A stretch of DNA of 64,000 nucleotides from Carcharhinus longimanus (lineage: Eukaryota): the NCBI GenBank assembly GCA_030264375.1, contig JASCQW010000148.1:39514245-39578244 (forward strand). The letters run 5' to 3'. A model generated the notes under the pieces. The model had not been told where the DNA came from. It saw only the letters and a list, made by a program, of their open reading frames with translations, and searched no databases. This document shows, piece after piece, positions 26,172 through 39,829 of the stretch. How positions within the stretch are numbered: position 1 is the first letter of the stretch; each line of letters begins with the position of its first letter. The position numbers and the translations under genes are program-made.

Positions 26172-26342
26172 GTGCAGAACACAGTAAGAAATCTGACAAC
26201 GCCAGGTTTAAGTCCACCCGATTTATTTGATAGTAATAAATAAATAGGTTGAACTTAAACCTGGTGTTGTCAGGCTTCTTACTGTGTTTACCCCAGTCCA
26301 ACACCGGCATCTCCACATCATGACTACTATCAGTGCAGAACA
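26172..26342. mobile_element. Same family, palindromic copy lacking the ribozyme core
   Basis: Inverted arms ACAGTAAGAA..CAGGTTTAAGT / ACTTAAACCTG..TTCTTACTGT; 10-bp TSD GTGCAGAACA. Confidence 0.7.
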
Positions 26343-29300
26343 AAGCAGGCAAGGCTTAACACACAAAACACCATCAAACCAACTGACTGAGGAAGCCAAT
26401 GAAGGATCTGAAACTCATACATTAAACCAGGTCCAACTCAACAAGATTGCCTATCTAGATAGTCCTGATGGTCAACAGCCAACCTTGTACCAGATGCTGC
26501 TCATTAGCTAATTAGATTGGTTGCATGTTATATTAAGAAACTGTGGAGTGTATAGATATGCAAAGGCTATGGGGCCCTGACAACATGTCAGTTGTAATAG
26601 GGAGGATCTCCTATGCAGAACTAGCCACACCCCTAGCCAAGCTTTTCCAGTATAGCTACAAAAACTGACAAAGGGTCACTGACTTGAACTCTGCTTCTGA
26701 CACCAAAAATGCTTCCAAACCGTTTGAATATTTCCAGCATTTTCTGTTTTTATTGTGAGATTAAAATGACTGCCCTTGGCATTAGGGCAGCATTTGACCT
26801 AATATGCGATCACAGAATCCTAGCTAAACTGGAATCAACGGGAAGAGTCTCCATTTGCTGGAGTCATACCTAGCACAAAGAAAGATGGCTGTAATTGATG
26901 GAAACCAATCATTTCCATCAGGAGGGCATCAATGCAAGAATTCCTCTAGACAGTATTCTCGGTCCAAACATTTTCAGCTGCTTCATCCATGATCTTCCCT
27001 CCATCATTAGGCCAGAATGGAGACACTGAGTTATTAAAGAGTTCAGTCCCAATTGCAACTACTCAAATACTAAAGCAGCCTGTCACATGCAGCAAGACCT
27101 GAACATGATTCAGATTTGGGCTGATAAAGGATGAGTAACATTCATCCCATACAAGTTTCATATTTTGGCCAAGAGAGAGATTTTAACCATCTCCCCTTGG
27201 CACTTCATTACTGAATGCCCCACAAATCACTGTCCTGTGTGGTCACCAGTGACCATAAACTTAACAGCACCAGCCACAAATTCCAGTATCTACAAAACAA
27301 GTCACAAGTGTGATAGAATAGCCTCCACTTGCTTGGATGAGTGCAGTCAAAAACATTCAAGACTGACATTATTCAAGACAAAGCAACTAGCTTGATCAGT
27401 AACCCATTCACCAACTTAAATATTCTCAACCTTTCCAAACCAGTGCACCATAACTGTGGTGGGCCATCCATACCTAATACGGGATCAGGAGTCCTAGCTA
27501 AAGTGACTCATCAACTTTCAAACCAGCGATCTCTACCACACAGAAGAGCAAGGATAACAGGCAGATGAGAAACCTGAAAATTCGCCTCCAAGTCACAAAC
27601 TGGATTTGGAATGATATCGCCTTTCCTTCAACATCACCAAGTCAAATCCTAGAAACTCACTACATAATAACCTGGGGCATACCCTCAGTGACTGGAGTGA
27701 CTCAAAACAGCAGATCACTGCCACCTTCTCAAGGGCAATTCAGGATGAGCAGTAAATTATAGCCTTGTCAGCAATGCCCATGAATAAATAAAGATAAAAC
27801 TTTGAGAGAAACTATTCGCTCTGGCAGGGAAGTACAAAACAGGGGAGTATAATAATAAAATTAGAGCTAAGCCATCATGGGGATGACAGAAAGTGCTTCT
27901 GCAGGCAAGGAAATCTGGAACTTGTACTCCCTGAAAAGGATGAGGCGAGGTCAATTAAAAATGTCAAAATTGAGATTGGTAAATGTTAGGTGGGCAAAAG
28001 GATTACGGAATCCAGACAGGTAAATGGAATGGAAATGTATAACAGCTATGATTTAAATGAATGGCAAAACATTCTCTAGATCAGTTACTATGTTCTCCAT
28101 AAACAACGCACCAAAAATCAGAGACAATTACAATCCTTTTTCTCCATACTAGTAGCTCATTCACTTGAAGCGATAATCATTTTCATGTGTATTTGCTAAC
28201 TTTTGCAAGTAAAAATAAACAACACTAGTTGTCATTTACTCCATGCTTTTTGACTACGAATCAAAATCTCACTCTAAACACATTAAAAGGTAGTGATAGT
28301 CCTGCTACAGCACCAGAGAGTCAATTTCCAAGCAACATTCACCAAAACTTGAAAGGAAAATACTGACTCAAGGATGTGCAGGCAGAGGAAAGAATGAAAT
28401 AATCCTTCATTCATTCAGAGCCTCATATGCACACAACTCCAAAAAATGTTTTACCATTGAACTCACCTTTCTAACAAAGTAATTCCTAGTTCCCTTATGT
28501 AATCCTCAAATTCATGTCAACATAAGTGATTGTTTAAAAAATAAAATCGCTCTCCATGGTGCAGCAGGTTTATTCAGTAAGGAGATGGTGCATGCAGAGA
28601 AATCAACCATATTTCTTCTCATATTCACTATCCAGTGCCATCTACTGGGTAGCGTTGGCATCAAGGAAGCATACAAATACCCTACCCACATTGTCTTACT
28701 TCAAAGTTCAATATGGTCACCTGGGTTAGGTGCTGGGGTACCTGCCATGAGGGACAGGCAAGGCAACATGAACTCAACACCATGCACACATGCCAATCTA
28801 CAACATAGATGCTAACCAATATCATCAAAAAGCTAACAGATACACACTATCCCAGCAAACCAGACCAAAGACAATCCACGCCAAGCAACATATTTGAAAA
28901 GTCTGAGGATACGTATCAGTCAACTCACAAACACTTCGTCCCTGCTGCCGTCAGATTTTTCAACGGACTTATCTTTTAAGTTGATCTTTCTCTACGCCCT
29001 AGCTATGACTGTAACACATTCCGTACTCTCTCTCCTTTCCTTCCCTATGTATGGTATGGTTTTTCTGCATAGCGTGCAAGAAATAATACTGTTCACTGTA
29101 CATTAATACATGTAACAATAATAAATCAAATCCCTTTTCAGAGAACATCTTTTCCAACTCTCCTTTTTCTATAATGCATATCTCACTTTCTCTTCCTCCA
29201 ACCCATCAAGACTGAGTTGGTCCTCTTCCTCCACTCTATCCTTTTTTTGAGCTGGTATTCTTAACATCGCCTGAAAACTTCCCTTTCAGCTCCCCACTCA

Positions 29301-29609
29301 CTCTCAAGTTAGTGCAGGCACTGCCTGTCCTCAAAGCAATTTCCAGCTTCTGTACTTTTTAATCTCTTCATTACCATCCATTTGTGCCTTACCCTTTTCA
29401 CCAACTCCTCTTCCACGCTGCCATCAATTTATCCCCCCGTTTTCCACTGTCCTTCCTGCACTCAGCCACTGAAATTCTTACTGATCTCATCCTTCATCCG
29501 TAAACCTAAACTCTGTGACCCAAGCCTCAGCTGTCCCAATGTCTCTCTTATTGAGCTCAGCGTCGACTTTTGTCTGGAACAGATTACTCTCCCGTGGAGA
29601 GCCCTGGGT

Positions 29610-29818
29610 CATGATGTGGAGATACCGGCGTTGGACTGGGGTAAACACAGTAAGAAGTCTCACAACAGCAGGTTAAAGTTCAACAGGTTTATTTGGTAGT
29701 AAACGTCAAGTACACTCACCTAACGAAGGAACAGCGTTCCAAAAGCTTGTGGCGTTTATCAAATAAACCTGTTGGACTTTAACCCAGTGTTGTGAGACTT
29801 CTGCTTGTGTTTACCTCA
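29610..29818. mobile_element. Same family, palindromic copy with degenerate hammerhead core
   Basis: TCAC CTAACGA AGGAAC agc GTTCC AAAA GCTT GTGG between inverted arms. Confidence 0.65.
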
Positions 29819-30279
29819 TTTTACTACAATAAAGACATGAGCAATAGTCATATTAGAATATGAATAGGGAATAGTCTCACAATCCTGGGATAAACGCCAG
29901 ACAACTTTGAAAACAGATTAAAGCAGTCCTCTAAAGTAAATTAAACCCACTCAGTTACTTCAAAGTATATTAATCCCACGACAGGAAAAGTGGAGGAAGG
30001 GAGAGCTAGTTATGGTGAGCAAACCCACCTACTGCTCCCCCAAAACACTGGTTACCAACTCTGAGGGGGCATATTCCTGGAGATGTTTTTTTTTATCCTG
30101 TGCGTCTCCTACATTCAAAATAACCCAGTTCCTTCTCTTTTAAAAACAAAATTTAAGAAACTAGATTTAACGGCTCCGATTATTTCTGAAGTTACTGACG
30201 GGCATGCCTTGGCGATAAACTCTGTAATCCTCCTGCCGACTCCAGGACAGTCCTGGAGGGTTGGCAACCCTACTCCCCT

Positions 30280-30970
30280 CCCCCCACCGCGTCAACGGCA
30301 CTGAAGGGGACCCCCGCGTGTCCCAAACACACTAACGGCCAATGGCAGTTGCGCGCGCCCCAGGCCCCATCGCCAACGGCCGCTGCGCGTGGCAGCGCCC
30401 TCCCTTCNNNNNNNNNNNNNNNNNNNNNNNNNNNNNNNNNNNNNNNNNNNNNNNNNNNNNNNNNNNNNNNNNNNNNNNNNNNNNNNNNNNNNNNNNNNNN
30501 NNNNNNNNNNNNNNNNNNNNNNNNNNNNNNNNNNNNNNNNNNNNNNNNNNNNNNNNNNNNNNNNNNNNNNNNNNNNNNNNNNNNNNNNNNNNNNNNNNNN
30601 NNNNNNNNNNNNNNNNNNNNNNNNNNNNNNNNNNNNNNNNNNNNNNNNNNNNNNNNNNNNNNNNNNNNNNNNNNNNNNNNNNNNNNNNNNNNNNNNNNNN
30701 NCACCCCTCCGTCACCAACTGACCAGCTCCGGATTCAATCACCTTCATACACACACACGCACAGACAGTGCTCGCTGCGCGGGCAGCCGACCTGACTTCC
30801 GGTTTCGACAGCTCCCGCCCACTGGTTGATTGACGTCGCCACTGGGCCAATCGCCGCCACGCCACGCCCTCTGCGTTTCCCCGCCCCCGGGGGGGCGCGT
30901 TTGAACGGCAGCCACGTGACGGTGCCGTTGAACTGTCAGTGTGTGGGTTGGAGCCGCGGATGGGGGAGAT
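30280..30970 (-). promoter_or_regulatory. CpG-island housekeeping promoter, probably DPH7 TSS and non-coding first exon
   Basis: Only strongly CpG-rich stretch outside exons; ETS CCGGAAGT (30795-30802), CRE-like TGACGTC (30831-30837), CCAAT (30847-30851), Sp/KLF CCACGCCC (30862-30869), GC boxes (~30881-30897), E-box GTCACGTGGC (30911-30920); partly hidden by gap 30408-30701. Confidence 0.8.
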
Positions 30971-31409
30971 CGTTCCTCTGCGTACTTCATCCAAAGTCCA
31001 ACAGCCTTCTCTCCCTAATCCAGTTTCCCAACAAAGACGGCCGTGCTAGTTGCCCCAGCTGTTTTGACGAAGGGTTGAAACAGCAGAGCACAGGAACAGG
31101 CCCTTGTGACAGATGCCTCTCTATTCTAATATTTTCTCGGCTGGAGGTGGTCCAGATCCTTTTTCTGTGGAGCATTTCATCCAGATGAACGTTGTTATCG
31201 CATCTGCCCCCACCACCTCCTACGGAAGCTATTACCTCTGAAGATACACTAATGACCCAGTCAGCAGGAGAAGACTAACTTCCAGGGGAAACTATACAAA
31301 GGCCATCTACATTTGTTGAGCTTGGCCTGGCCAATGGAGACTGCCAGTCTGATAGGACAAAGGATCCTGAAACCTCTTTTGAAATTCTTATTGAACAAGG
31401 AACAGGGCA

Positions 31410-31894
31410 GGAACAGGCCTTTTGGCCCACAAAGTCTGTGCTGACAAAGATGTCTCTCTAATATTTTCTGCCTCTATATGATCCATACCCCTTTATTCCC
31501 TGCCAATTAGAATATAGAACATAGAACACTACAGCACAAACAGGCCCTTCGGCCCACGAGTTGCGCCNNNNNNNNNNNNNNNNNNNNNNNNNNNNNNNNN
31601 NNNNNNNNNNNNNNNNNNNNNNNNNNNNNNNNNNNNNNNNNNNNNNNNNNNNNNNNNNNNNNNNNNNNNNNNNNNNNNNNNNNNNNNNNNNNNNNNNNNN
31701 NNNNNNNNNNNNNNNNNNNNNNNNNNNNNNNNNNNNNNNNNNNNNNNNNNNNCCCCCGCATCCTCTGATGCTCCAATGAAAACAATCAAAGTTTGTTCAA
31801 CCTTTCTTCATAGTCCGTATCCTCCAAACTAGGCAACAACCTGGTAAATCTCTTCTCCACCCTTTCCAATGCATCGATGTCTTTTCGGTAGTGT

Positions 31895-31926
<32 letters not shown>

Positions 31927-33760
31927 TGGCCTAACTAAAGTCTTATACAGCTGCAACATGATTTTCCAATTCCTATACTCAACGCCTTGATCGATGAAGG
32001 CCAGCATGCCATATACCTTCCTAATCACCTTGTCCATCTAAGTGGCCACCTTCAGGGAACTGTGGATCTGCACTTCTAGATCCCTCTGTATAGTAATATT
32101 TCTAAGTCTCTGCCATTTACTGTATACGTTTCTTCTGCAGGAGACATTTCAAATTCGCATCACCTCATACTTGCCCGGGTTAAATTCCATTTGCCATCTT
32201 TCAGCTGAAGTCTCCAGCCGATTTATATCCTGCTGTATCCTCTGACAATTCGCACTATCCGCTACTCCCCCAATTTTGGTATCGTTCCTCAAGAGACTTA
32301 TCCGTTTTCAATTTCGTGAAATTTATGTATGCCTCCTTTCTCGCTAAGCTCACAATCTTTCTTGTCATCCAGGGTTCCTGAATCTTGCTATCTTCATCCT
32401 TCATTTTTACTCCCCTAGGACATTGGCTCCAGTCCTGCCCAGATGCAGACCGTCTGATTTGCATTCATCCCACCTCCCCCAGAACAGGTTCCAATGTCCC
32501 AGGAATTTGAATCCCTTCCTCTTGTACCATTCCTCAAGTCGGTGACGGTGGCACAATGGTTAGCACTGCTACCTCACAGCACCAGGGACCTGGGTTCAAT
32601 TCCCGGCTTGGGTGACTGTGTGGAATTTGCACGTTCTCCCCTGCTGTCTGTGTGGAGTTTGCATGTTGTCCCTGTCTCTGTATGGGTTTCCTCCAAATGC
32701 TCCAGTTTCCTCCCAAAATCCAAAGACATGCAAGTTAGGTTGATTTAGCTGTGCTAAATTAACTCTAATGTCAGGGTTTAAATATGAACAGTTATGGGAA
32801 TAGGGCCTGAGTGGGATTATGGTCGGTGCAGACTCAATGGGCCAAATGACCTCCTTCTGCACTGTATGGATTCTATAAACTATAGATTCATTTTAGCTAT
32901 CCTGACATTCTCACTCTGACTAGCATGTGGCATTGCTAGCAATCCTGAAATTACTATCTTTGAGGTCCTACTTTTAATTTAACTCCTAGCCCCCTCAATT
33001 CAGCTTGTAGGACCTCATCCCAATTTTTACCTATATCATTGGTGCACCATGACAGTTGGCTGTCATCATCCCCCTCCAGAATGTCCTGCAGCCATTCCAA
33101 AACATCTTTGATCCTTGCACCAGGGAGGCAACATACCATCCTGGAGTCTTGTTTATGTCCTCAGAAATGCCTGTCTATTCCCCTTACACTTGAATCCCCT
33201 GTCTCTAGCTCTGCACTTTTTCTCCTGCCCTCCTGTGCAGCAGAACCAGCCACGGTGCCATGAACCTGGCTGCTGCCACTTTCCCCAGATAAGCCATCTC
33301 CCCCAACAGTATCCAAAATGGTATATCTGTTTTGGAGGGAGATGACCAAAGGGGACCCCCACACTTCCTTCCTGCTCTTCCTCTGACTGGTGGTTACCCA
33401 TTCCCTATCTCCCTCAGTAATTTTTATCTGCGGTGTGCCCAACTCACTGTATGTGTTATTCACAACTTCCTCAGCATCGTGGATGCTCCAAGTTGAATCC
33501 ATCCACAGCTCCAGAGCCATCAAGCGGTCTAACGGGAGCTGCAGTTGGATACTTCTTGCACGTGAAGGAGTCAGGGACATTGGAAGAGGAGCATGACACG
33601 GTTCTGGGATCTCTTGCCATGACTTAACCTAACATTTTAACCTAACATAACCTAACATTAACTCAACAACAACTGCAATGCCAAGAGTAAAAAAACTACT
33701 TACCAGTCACCAGCCAATCACTCACCTGCTGGCTGTGATGTCACGGTTCGATTTCTTCCT
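31410..33760 (-). mobile_element. Internally deleted CR1-type LINE retaining 5' end, ORF1 (esterase-like) and ORF2 end
   Basis: ORF1 remnants ISLQNRYTILDTVGGD, GDSSVRGIDRHF, MVCCLPGARIKDV, TNDIG; ORF2 end [26 protein letters not shown]. Confidence 0.8.
32543..32876 (+). mobile_element. V-SINE inserted in a CR1 LINE
   Basis: Full head-core-tail with a short internal duplication. Confidence 0.8.
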
Positions 33761-34475
33761 ACCCCTCACTTGCCCTCGAGTCTCCCTTGCAGATCCACCT
33801 CTCCACTCCTCCCAAAAATGAGAACCTCTTTCCCCTCAGCACTAAATTCCCACTCAGCTCCAAATTTCTGATACCATCAATCTGGCTAATCTCATTTTGG
33901 CTGCAGTCTCTCTCCCACTGGCATATGCAAGTCATTGGCTCTATTCTCTCCACAGATGCTGTCAGACCTGATGAGATTCTCCATCATTTTCTGACTTTGG
34001 CTCAACTACTACTTGTGTTAGAAGCTCCCATATTCTGGCCATTTACAAGTTTATAAGTGTCTACCTGAATTTCACAACAGCCCCTCTCTGTGTAAAGCAC
34101 ACCCCACATTCAACCTGGCCCATCAATTTCAACATTGTTCTTCCATTTCCTGAGGCCAAATTGTTTGAGTAAATGGTGAACGCGTATGGCCCCAGCTCTG
34201 GGGAATGTAATTTCCTGCCATAACCCTATAATCTGTTTTGTAGCTTGCTTGCTATCCATACATGACATGAATTTGAGGTGATCAATAATCCACGGCACAT
34301 GCACAGCATGAACACCCTTCAGTCAACACAATTAGGATATAACCCCACCCCCCCAGAGACTCACAGCCACAAACCTGCACCCTATCCTTCATGTGTCCAC
34401 TCAGCTGGAGGGCATCTATGTCATCAATTGGTTTGATTAAAAAAACACTTGCATTCATGTAGTGCCTAATGAAGG

Positions 34476-34782
34476 GTGGCATAGTGGTTAGCACTGCTGC
34501 CTCATAGTGCTAGGGACCCGGGTTCAATTCTGACTTTGGGTCACTGTCTGTGCGAAATTTGCACATTCTCCTTGTGTCTGCATGGGTTTCCTCCAGATGC
34601 TCCGGTTTCCTCCCACAGTCCAAAGATGTGCAGGTTAGATTGATTAGCCATGGTAAATTGACCATTAGTGTCAGGGGGATTAACAGAGTAAATACATGGA
34701 GTTACAGGGATAGGACCTGGTGGAATTGTAGTGCGGGCACGTTGGGCTGAATGGCCTTCTTCTGTGCTGTAGGGATTCTACG
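34476..34782 (+). mobile_element. V-SINE (HE1-like)
   Basis: Full-length motif set. Confidence 0.85.
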
Positions 34783-36736
34783 ATACAGGTGGGAAGACAT
34801 TCTTGGGTTGAAGAAGTGTCATCCCTGATAATTTAAGGACCCAGGAAGATTTGTTCTGGCATGGCCAGGGGAAAGCATTATCAGAATTATCTATTCTACA
34901 GGAGGTTGGTTTTAGATTTCTCAGAAGACTGAGGAAATGGACCTGTGATGTTTGTTGTACTCAGCAAAATGAGGNNNNNNNNNNNNNNNNNNNNNNNNNN
35001 NNNNNNNNNNNNNNNNNNNNNNNNNNNNNNNNNNNNNNNNNNNNNNNNNNNNNNNNNNNNNNNNNNNNNNNNNNTCGGAGATCAGCTCAGGTTGAGGAGA
35101 GATCAGGGACTCAGAGAAGTTGGGAATTTTGGGGTCAGGGAGTAGTCACGGTGTGGTTGGAGAATCAGGGAGATCAAGGTGTAGTCAGGGGGCTCAGTTT
35201 GAATGATTGGGGGTGGGGAACTGTCAGTTGTATAGTTACACATGAGTTAGACTAGTTTTTTTCTGTCTAACACTTACTGGGAAACAGTCAAGGTAAGTAA
35301 TTCAAAACAACCAAAGTCTCTGATCTAAACTTCAGATCTGGAGACTTTCCTGGAGGATTCAGGGAGCAGGGGAATTACCCATTGAAAGCTCAAACTTCTC
35401 AGGCAATTTCCACAGAATCCTTATGTTGGAACTTCCAAAGAGGCCTATTGCATATCTTGAGGGGTTAGTCTGTTCTCCCCCATCCAGCAACTGGAAGATC
35501 TGGCCCAAAAGGAAGTTGTGCAGTTTTGAAGACAAATTATATAGAATCATGCTATCAGCACACCTCCAAGTATCTTATATTGCTATGTGCAAACGAATCA
35601 ATTACCAACCTTGCCCTTTTTATTCTGCTCCTTTCATGTAGGCAAATCAACATAAATATAATGGCCCCAATTCTGACAGTCTCTATTTGATGGGAACAGG
35701 TTTCCAGCCATCGATCCATCCGCCAGCATTTTCAGTAGTGTCTTTGCATTGGTGGCCAGGCACCCACCTGTTTCAGGTTGCAGCCTATTTGTTGTACATT
35801 AACCAGCATCCTCTGATGTACATAGGACCCAGGTGCAGTTTTGAAGTGCAAAGCAGTTAAAAGGACCATGCTAAGATGGAAGGTTTCCTGCAGATATGTT
35901 TGAACCATTTGGATCTTAATGACAATCTGAAGCTTCATGATCATTTTAGTTTTGCTGTATTAGCTAGCATATTACCTTTTAGATCCCTCTGAATGAAAGA
36001 TTTTGGGGAAAACAGTTGAAATTTTTAACATTATTTTTATTCATTTGTGGGATATGGGTGTTGCTGGCTGGCCAACGTTTATTGCCCATCCCTAATTGCC
36101 CTTGTTCAGAGACAACCACATTGCTGTGGCTCTGGAGTCACATGTAGGCCAGACCAGATAAGGATGACAGCTTTCCTTCTCTAAAGGACATTAGTGAACC
36201 AGATGGGTTTTTCCAACAATTGACAATGGTTTCATGGTCATCAGTAGATTCTGAATTCCAGATTTTTTTTATTGAATTCAATATTGCACCATCTGCCCTG
36301 GCGGGATTTGATACCAGGTCTCCAGAACATTAGCTGAGTTTCTGGACTAATAAGCTAGCAATGACACCACTAGGCCATTGTCTCCCCACAATATATACAT
36401 GTTATCATTTTTATAACTTCTCTTTTAATTTAGATGCAAAAGCACTCACTCAGCATTAAACATGTACTTTATAAAGCAGTGGTAAATGTTTTAATTTGAA
36501 AAATTAATGAGGGACCATTTCAGCCCTTTCTGTAACAGGAGTAATCAATTTGTCTCAGCCTATTCAATCAATGCTTTCAGCAGCCATCATTGTTCAGCTC
36601 CTCCTGGCTGCATTGGGATATGCATTGACTCTTCTAATTCCAACTTGGTCAGGCCTCAGTCCGTTTGGATGGTAGGGGTTGTGATTTTATAATAGCAATT
36701 GAGGCCACTGTTTCAACAGCCTACTTGTGCTGGCAG

Positions 36737-37030
36737 GGCGGCACAGCAGCACAGTAGTTAGCATTGCTGCCTCACAGCGCCGGGGACTAGGGTTTGATTC
36801 CTGGCTTGGGTCACTGTCCGTATGGAGTCTGTTCATACTCCCCATGTCTGCATCGGTTTCCTCTGGGTACTCCAGTTTCCTCCCACAGTCCCAAAAAGTG
36901 CTGGTTAGGTGCATTGGCTATGCTAAGTTCTCCCTCAGTGTCCTGAACAGGCACCGGAGTGTGGCAACTAGGGGATTTTCACAGTAACTTCATGTGTTAA
37001 TGTAAGCTTACTTCTGACTGATAAAATTTT
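36737..37030 (+). mobile_element. V-SINE, alternative-tail subfamily
   Basis: Tail GTGTGGCAACTAGGGGATTTTCACAGTAACTTCAT shared with the copy at ~2320-2355. Confidence 0.8.
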
Positions 37031-37254
37031 TTACTTTGGCATGGACTCCAAGCTAAGCTGTGGGTACAGAATGAGGGCCAATAGCTCATTGCTTCTACAA
37101 ATCAACCTGTTTCCATGCTGAGTCAAGTGACAGATCAGTATAGGTAAACCTAAGATTTGGAAGAAGCCAAAAACAAGCTATCAGCTCCTCCTAGGCACAG
37201 GCAAAGAACAAACGGCACATTTCCTGCGTTGGTTTTTGAACAGCCTCCAGTAGT

Positions 37255-38140
37255 CACAGAATCGTACAGCGCAGAGTAGGCTCTTCAGTCCATCAAGTCT
37301 GCATTGACACATGACAAACACCTGACATCCAACCTAATCCCATTTGCCAGCACTTGTCCCATAGCCTTGAACATTATGATGTGCCAAGTGCTCATCCAGG
37401 TACTTGTTAAAGGATGTGAGGCAACTTGCCTCCATCACTCTCGCAGGCAATGCATTCCAGACCATCACCAGCTTCTGGGTAAAAAAGATTTTGCTCACGT
37501 CCCCCCTAAACCTCCTGCTCCTCACCTTGAACTTGTGTCCCCTGTGATTGACCCTTCAGCTAAGGGGAATAGCTGTGCCCTATCCGCCCTGCCCATGCCC
37601 CTCATAATTTTGTACACCTCAATCAGATCGCCCCTCAGTCTTCTCTACTCCAATAAAAACAACGTAAGCCTATGCAACCTCTCTGCATAACTTAAATGTT
37701 CCATCCCTGGCAACATCCTGGTGGATCTCCTCTGCACCATCTCCAATGCAATCACATCCTTTCTATAATGTGGCAGCCAGAACTGCACACAGTGCTTTAG
37801 CTGTGGCCTCACCAATGTTCTATACAACTCCAACATGACTTCTCTGCTTTTGTGATCTATGCCTCAATTGATAAAGGCTAGTGTCCCGTAGGCCTTTTTC
37901 ACCACCCTACTAACATGCCTTCTTCTTTCAGAGATCTATGGACAAATACAGCAAGATCCCTTGGTTTCACAGAACTTCATAGTTTCATGTTGTTCATTGA
38001 ATACTTCCTTGTCAAATTACTCTTTCCAAAGTGTATCACCTCAGACTTTTCAGGGTTAAATTCCATCTGCCACTTATCTGCGTATCTGACGATCCGGTCT
38101 ATATCTTCTTGTACCCCAGGACACTCAACCTCACTGTTAA
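37255..38140 (-). mobile_element. CR1-type LINE 3' fragment
   Basis: WQMEFNPEKSEVIHFG and LELYRTLVRPQLKHCVQFW remnants. Confidence 0.85.
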
Positions 38141-38417
38141 CCATCATTTCTTTAGTTAGGCCACTTGCCATCCGATACAAATGAGTGAGGTGTGAGCAAT
38201 GTATGCCGTATGTATCTATAACTGAAAATTGAAGTTAGGGTCCTATAAATGACATAAAACATTGATTTATCTAGCAGATTTCATTGATTTTTCAAGGTAG
38301 TATCAAAGGCCAGAACTTTCCTGCCATCCCATCAGCAGGATTATCCAGCCCCCGACAGCAAACCCTCACCATGGGTTCCGCAGCAGCAAAATGGGAAACC
38401 CTGTTGATAGCGGTGGG

Positions 38418-38567
38418 CATGATGTGGAGATGCCAGCGTTGGACTGGGGTAAACACAATAAGAAGTCTCACAACACCAGGTTAAAGTCCAACCAATTTAT
38501 TTGATAGTAAACTCACAAGCTTTCGAGGTTTGCTCCTTCATCACCTGACGAAGGGCACTGGGAAGCT
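38418..38567. mobile_element. Same family, with back-to-back partial hammerhead cores
   Basis: GATGTGGAGATGCC..GTAAACAC..; - strand TGATGA AGGAG caaa CCTC GAAA GCTT GTGAG, followed on + by TCACCTGACGAAGGG. Confidence 0.65.
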
Positions 38568-38719
38568 AAATTATTAGTCCAATCTTCAACCTAAAATTAC
38601 TTCAACATCAACTATGCTTGTTCTCTTTTCCAAATGTTCCAAGTTTCAGTAAACTTTCCAAGCTATTAACCAATGTCATCATCATCATTCCTTGCGTATC
38701 AGAAAATATGTGTTGGTTA

Positions 38720-39020
38720 ATCATAGAATCCCTACAATGTAGAAGGAGGCCATTTGGCCCATCAAGCCTCCACTGATAGCAGTCCCACCCAAGCCCTATC
38801 CCCATAATCCCACGTATTTACCCTGCTAATCCCCCTGACACTAAGAGGCAATTTAGAGTGGCCAATCTGCCTCACCCACACATCTTTGGACTGTGGGAGA
38901 AAACCGGAGCACCCGAAGGAAACCCATGCAGGCACGAGACGAACGTACAAACTCCATACAGACAATCACGCACAGCTAGAATCGAACCTGAGTCCCTCAC
39001 GCTGTGAGGCAGCAGTGCTA
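38720..39020 (-). mobile_element. V-SINE (HE1-like)
   Basis: Reverse complement of the consensus motifs. Confidence 0.8.
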
Positions 39021-39829
39021 AAAATGAGAAAGCCCTGAGTAACATAAATGTTCTATTTTTAATTATCATACCCTAATCAGATTCAATATGGCAGTCTTAA
39101 GAACAGGAAAAGTCATTCAGATCCTTAAGACTATTCTATCATCAATGAGATCACAGCTAATCTATACCTCAATTCCTTTTACCTACTTTTGCTCCCTTGA
39201 TACTGTTGTATACTAAAGTGATCAGCTCACTTCAACCGCAAAGATAAAATAATGAAAAGGTTGCAGTCCACGATGCAAGAGAGGGAAAATCTCCATATGC
39301 CCCTGAGGATGATACCACATAATCATGTGACACAGAACACAGCAATGCAATGGTTTACAATACATAACATACCCTTATCTAACAAAATATATATTTAGTC
39401 TTAAAGATTTCAGTTGATTCACGGAGAGAAGTTTGTTCCAAATTTCCAGTATTCTTTGATAAAAAGGCATTTCCTGAGTTACTCAATAGCTTCACTTTAA
39501 TTCCAAGATTATGTCCCCTTGTTTTCTCACCAGGGATATAATTTCTCTGTATCTATCCTACAAAATTCCTATGCATTTTAAAAGTCGTGATGGGCCCTTA
39601 ACCTTCTAAACTCAAAGAAATACATTTTATGCATGCTGTCTGTCCTCAGTTCAATTGTTTGAGGCCTACTACCATTCTGAATTTGCACTGCAGCCCCTCC
39701 ATTTATATCTTTCCTTAGGTTTTGTGCCCAAAACCGAGTACATTACTCCAGATGAAGTCCAGCTAAGATTCTGTGTGACTGAAACATCCCTTTCTCACTT
39801 TTCATTGCCGCCTCCTTGAGGAAGATGAG

